Origin: an uncultured Planctomycetaceae bacterium
GTDB taxonomy: Bacteria; Planctomycetota; Planctomycetia; Planctomycetales; Planctomycetaceae
Assembly: GCA_963813715.1 (NCBI GenBank)
Contig: CAWFAK010000009.1
Location: 64,001 to 128,000, forward strand
Length of the DNA: 64,000 nt
Reading direction: 5' to 3'
Shown: piece after piece, positions 60,444-64,000 of the stretch
Position numbering within the stretch: position 1 is the first letter of the stretch
Layout: every line of letters begins with the position of its first letter
Made by a program: the position numbers and the translations under genes
Notes under the pieces: model-generated
Told to the model about the DNA's origin: nothing
The model's database searches: none
The model's input: only the letters and a program-made list of their open reading frames with translations

Positions 60444-62369
60444 CTACGAATTCAGCTCGGCCGCCTCTTCCCAGTGTTCGTAGAGCGTTGCCAACTCCGC
60501 GCGAAGGTCTTCGTGCTGGCGGGTCACTTCGCGAATGCGCTCGGGTGTGCGATGGATTTGCGGGTCGGCCATTTCCGTCTCGACCTGCCGCAGCGTCGCC
60601 TCCTTATCGGCGATGTCGCGCTCGATCGCTTCGGTTTTGCGATAGGGGAAGCGGCGTTTGCGGCGAGCCGGTTTGCTGCTGTCCGTCGGGGCCGCTGGCT
60701 CGGCGGTCCGCGCGGCGTCGTTGCGCGCTGTCCGCGCCCCTTCGCGGGATTGGCCGAGTGCCAGGAGCCGCTGCTGGGCGAAATGAACGTAATCGCTGTA
60801 GTTGCCGTCGTAGCACTTCCAGCCTTCCGGCTCGCACACGACCACGCGTTTGGCCAGCCGATCGAGGAAATAGCGGTCGTGGCTGACGAAGACGAGCGTC
60901 CCCTCGTACGCGCGAAGGGCTTCTTCGAGCGAATCGCGGGCCCACAGGTCGAGGTGATTGGTCGGCTCGTCGAGCACCAGCACATTGACGTTTTGCGCGT
61001 TGAGCCGGGCGAGCGCCACTTTGCTTTTTTCGCCGCCGCTCATCGCGCCGACTTTCTGCAGCGCCAACTCGCCGCGAATGCCGAAACGGGCCAGCAGGTT
61101 GCGGAGCGTCGCGGGCGTGACCTCGGGCCGGTCGGGGGGACGAATGGCTTCGATGGCGTCGCACTCGGGATCGACGCTCGTGAGCCGCTGATCGAAATAG
61201 CCGAGCTTGACGCCCGTGCCGATGCGGGCGACGCCGCTGTCCGGTGGCAGCTCGCCCAGCAGGACCCGCAACAGCGTCGTTTTGCCGCAGCCGTTGGGCC
61301 CGAAAATCCCGAGGGAATCGCCCCGCCCGACGCGGAGCGAAAAATCGGTGAACAGCGGCCGGCCCAGGCTCTTGGCGACCTGCTGCGCGTCGAGCACCCA
61401 ATCGCCGGGCCGCCCCACCGACGAAAAGTTCATCCCCAGCTCGGCGATTTCAGGCGGTCGCTCGATCTCCTCGACGCGGGCCAGCTTTTTCTCACGGTCT
61501 TTGGCCTGCCCGCTTTTCTGGCCCATCTTGTTGCGGCGGATGAAATCCTCGGTCCGCGCGATGTATTCCTGCTGCCGCTCGTACGTCTTCTGCAACAGCT
61601 CGCCCCGCTCGTGCCGCTGCCGCCAGTACGCGGAGAAATTGCCCGCGTAGTCGGTGAGCCGGCCGGCCCACAGCTCGAGGATGCGGTTGGTGACGCGATC
61701 GAGGAAATATCGGTCGTGGCTGACGATGATCATCGCCTGCGGAGCGCTCACCAGCCAATTTTCGAGCCACTCGGTGGCCGCAATGTCCAGGTGGTTCGTC
61801 GGCTCGTCGAGCAGCATGACGTCCGGAGCCCGGAGCAGCATCCGCGCTAAGAGGGCCCGGTTCCGCTGCCCGCCGCTCAGCTCTGAGAGGGGCTGCGCAA
61901 ACTCCGCGGTCGAAAAACCGAGCCCATGCAGCACCTCGTCGACGCGGTGGTCAATGTTGTGGGCGTCGAGCCGATCGAGCTCGGACTGCACCGAGTCAAA
62001 CCGCTTTTGCAGCCGGGCGACTTGCGCGGGATCGGCCTCGGCGGAGATGTCGCTGGCCAACTCGGCCGACTCGCGCTGCAGGGCATAGAGTGCGGCCAGG
62101 CCTTCGCGGGCCTCGTCCAGCACGGTACGCTCGCTGGAATAGTCAGCCTCTTGCTCGAGCAGGGCCACGTCGGCCGAGCGATGCTGGGTAACTTCGCCCT
62201 TGTCCGGATGATCCATTCCGGCCAGGATCCGCATCAGCGTGGTCTTGCCCGCGCCGTTGGGCCCGACCAGGCCGACCCGTTCGCCCCGGCGGATCTCAAA
62301 GCCGACCCCTCGTAAGACCGGGTCGGCATCGAATTGCCGAAAGACGTCCACAAGTGAAAGCAAGATCAT
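60444..62369 (-). CDS. ABC-F family ATP-binding protein
   Basis: Two NBDs ([21 protein letters not shown] and GPNGCGKT/MSGGE), no TM, C-terminal coiled coil. Confidence 0.93.
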   Translation of the reverse strand: MILLSLVDVFRQFDADPVLRGVGFEIRRGERVGLVGPNGAGKTTLMRILAGMDHPDKGEVTQHRSADVALLEQEADYSSERTVLDEAREGLAALYALQRESAELASDISAEADPAQVARLQKRFDSVQSELDRLDAHNIDHRVDEVLHGLGFSTAEFAQPLSELSGGQRNRALLARMLLRAPDVMLLDEPTNHLDIAATEWLENWLVSAPQAMIIVSHDRYFLDRVTNRILELWAGRLTDYAGNFSAYWRQRHERGELLQKTYERQQEYIARTEDFIRRNKMGQKSGQAKDREKKLARVEEIERPPEIAELGMNFSSVGRPGDWVLDAQQVAKSLGRPLFTDFSLRVGRGDSLGIFGPNGCGKTTLLRVLLGELPPDSGVARIGTGVKLGYFDQRLTSVDPECDAIEAIRPPDRPEVTPATLRNLLARFGIRGELALQKVGAMSGGEKSKVALARLNAQNVNVLVLDEPTNHLDLWARDSLEEALRAYEGTLVFVSHDRYFLDRLAKRVVVCEPEGWKCYDGNYSDYVHFAQQRLLALGQSREGARTARNDAARTAEPAAPTDSSKPARRKRRFPYRKTEAIERDIADKEATLRQVETEMADPQIHRTPERIREVTRQHEDLRAELATLYEHWEEAAELNS

Positions 62370-62491
62370 CGATCGGCCGCTGCTGCGCACGAGGCGGTGC
62401 GGCGCACGCCCTCAGCAGGCCACGCTCGGCACCGGCCGGCTGATACCGCTTAATCCGCGGATTCGCCGGGTTTCAGTCGCAGCCCGTGATG

Positions 62492-64000
62492 CTAGCGAAC
62501 GTCGACCGGTTCGGGCAACGAGGCCCGTTTCGGCGCCACATTGATCGTCGGCAGGATCGTCGACGGCGCCGCCGCTGCCGCCGACCCGCTTGACGTACTC
62601 GCAGGCGACGTGTTCACCGGCGGGAAGTTCATCGTCGACGCGCCAGCCGGCAGTGGGCTGGCAGGAGCCAGGCTCGCGGGCGTCGTATTCACAGGCGTCT
62701 CGGGCATTTCGGGCATCGGCTCCTGCTCGTTCGCGGGGGCCAAGGCCGTCCGCGTCGGATCTGTCGAAATCGGATGTGCACTCAGCGGATCGACGGCGAA
62801 GCCCCGCGGGCCGCGCTTGGCCAGCTGCAGCTTGAGCGAATGCTTGAGTTCCGCTGGGTCGGCCTGTCCGGCCAGCAGCCAGACGCGATCGATCATCAGG
62901 TAGTCGCCTTCGCGAACCAGCTCGACTTTCGCACCGAACCGTTCGTCGCCAAGCATCACGATCTCACCAGTCGCGACGTCAGTGATGCTGCTAAGCGGCA
63001 TGTCGAGGTGCGGCAGCACGGCGTACGCCGCCTCGGGAACCTGTGTGATTTGCGTCCAAACCAGTCGATTGAAATCGCGAGAGCTGATCGTCTTGAGCAG
63101 TTCGAGCTGCGGCTCGTGCCCTTCGGCGGCCGTCGAGGCGTCGCGGAGGGCGAGCGTCAGCAGGCGAATCGGCAACGTAGCCTGCAGCGTGTCCTTGAGC
63201 GATTGCGGCCGGTCGAGCACGGGCATCAGCACGTCGTCAACGTTCACGTCGCCGTTCCAGTCGCGCATTACATAGGTCAGCTCGCGGCTGCCTTGCCGCA
63301 CGGGAATGCGGATCACAGGGCCGCGGAAATCGGTCGGATCCGTGTTGACGGCCGGCGAAATCTCGATTTCCGGCGGCAGAACCTCGGCCAGCGGCAGATT
63401 GCCGAGCCGTCTCCACACCTTGAGATCAAAGTCCTTGCTGGAGTTGGCACGGACGAGCGACAGATTGCCCTTGAGCAGCGCCTGGACGAAGAGCTGCATC
63501 TTGGCCTGGGCGGTAAACAGGGCGGCGAGCCGCTTTTCAGACTTGGAATCGAAGATGGTCACTTCGTCGACCAGGAACTTCGGATTCTCGGGGTCCACGA
63601 TAGGCTTGGAATTCTCGCCGTCGCTGTAGGGAACTTTGAGCGAGATCTTCACCGTATCTTCGCCGCGATGCAGGAGATATTCGGCCGTCAATTCCTGCGT
63701 CGTCACCGTGTCCTTTTCGCCTAAAACTTCCGGCGTCGGCAGCGGCACGAGCTTGGGATCGGCCAGCACCAGGCACTTTTCGTAGAAGGTCGGGGCAGAC
63801 AGTTTCTTCAGCTGTGTCTTGTCGGACCCCTGGTAAGACTTGAGGAAGTCGACCACGGTGCGGATCACGGTGGCCGTGCGCTTGGCGGAGGCGAGCTGGT
63901 CTTTGTCCTTGCGGGACTCGACCTGCACGTCGGCCACTTTCCAGCCTTTATTCGTCAGCCGCATCGACAGAATGAGGATGCCGCGGGCCCGTTGCAGTTT
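62492..64000 (-). CDS. Hypothetical protein, 5' truncated by the window edge
   Basis: Long open frame with repeated alpha/beta units (W.V.DV, F.VDEV, V.VDDV, L.IDRV) and a Pro/Ser tail. Confidence 0.7.
   Translation of the reverse strand, partial: KLQRARGILILSMRLTNKGWKVADVQVESRKDKDQLASAKRTATVIRTVVDFLKSYQGSDKTQLKKLSAPTFYEKCLVLADPKLVPLPTPEVLGEKDTVTTQELTAEYLLHRGEDTVKISLKVPYSDGENSKPIVDPENPKFLVDEVTIFDSKSEKRLAALFTAQAKMQLFVQALLKGNLSLVRANSSKDFDLKVWRRLGNLPLAEVLPPEIEISPAVNTDPTDFRGPVIRIPVRQGSRELTYVMRDWNGDVNVDDVLMPVLDRPQSLKDTLQATLPIRLLTLALRDASTAAEGHEPQLELLKTISSRDFNRLVWTQITQVPEAAYAVLPHLDMPLSSITDVATGEIVMLGDERFGAKVELVREGDYLMIDRVWLLAGQADPAELKHSLKLQLAKRGPRGFAVDPLSAHPISTDPTRTALAPANEQEPMPEMPETPVNTTPASLAPASPLPAGASTMNFPPVNTSPASTSSGSAAAAAPSTILPTINVAPKRASLPEPVDVR

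Overview
GC-rich chromosomal window from a planctomycete, probably Planctomycetaceae. This is inferred from a DUF1559 prepilin-like gene, a planctomycete cytochrome-c/WD40 protein, a DUF2092-TlpA fusion and planctomycete-type repeats. Most of it is housekeeping: sucA/sucB, yidC, a sigma-54 response regulator, a SWIM-SNF2 helicase, larA-like and hisN-like genes, skp-lpxC-lpxA plus a GnnA-like gene, futalosine genes mqnA/mqnC with a nearby amidohydrolase, a NatAB-like ABC transporter with a CPBP protease fusion, hom, a Rieske/cytochrome b-c complex, nrnA and an ABC-F ATPase. About 20 genes carry single-base frameshifts, including normally essential ones. These look like long-read indel errors rather than pseudogenes. 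I recognised no rRNA, tRNA, CRISPR array, integrase or transposase. The most unusual signals are: (1) an uncalled 29-aa Lys/Arg-rich ORF at 154-243 with its own promoter and RBS, resembling tiny ribosomal proteins; (2) an orphan RepA/AAA_25-type ATPase with a C-terminal HTH, bracketed by dense REP-like palindromes and an ~80-bp direct repeat (49.3-52.1 kb); (3) a dispersed REPIN family; (4) a FlgG-like rod domain fused behind a membrane anchor and a Pro-rich stalk; (5) a MarR module with two readable operators. All family assignments come from recognising motifs by eye. No database searches were run.
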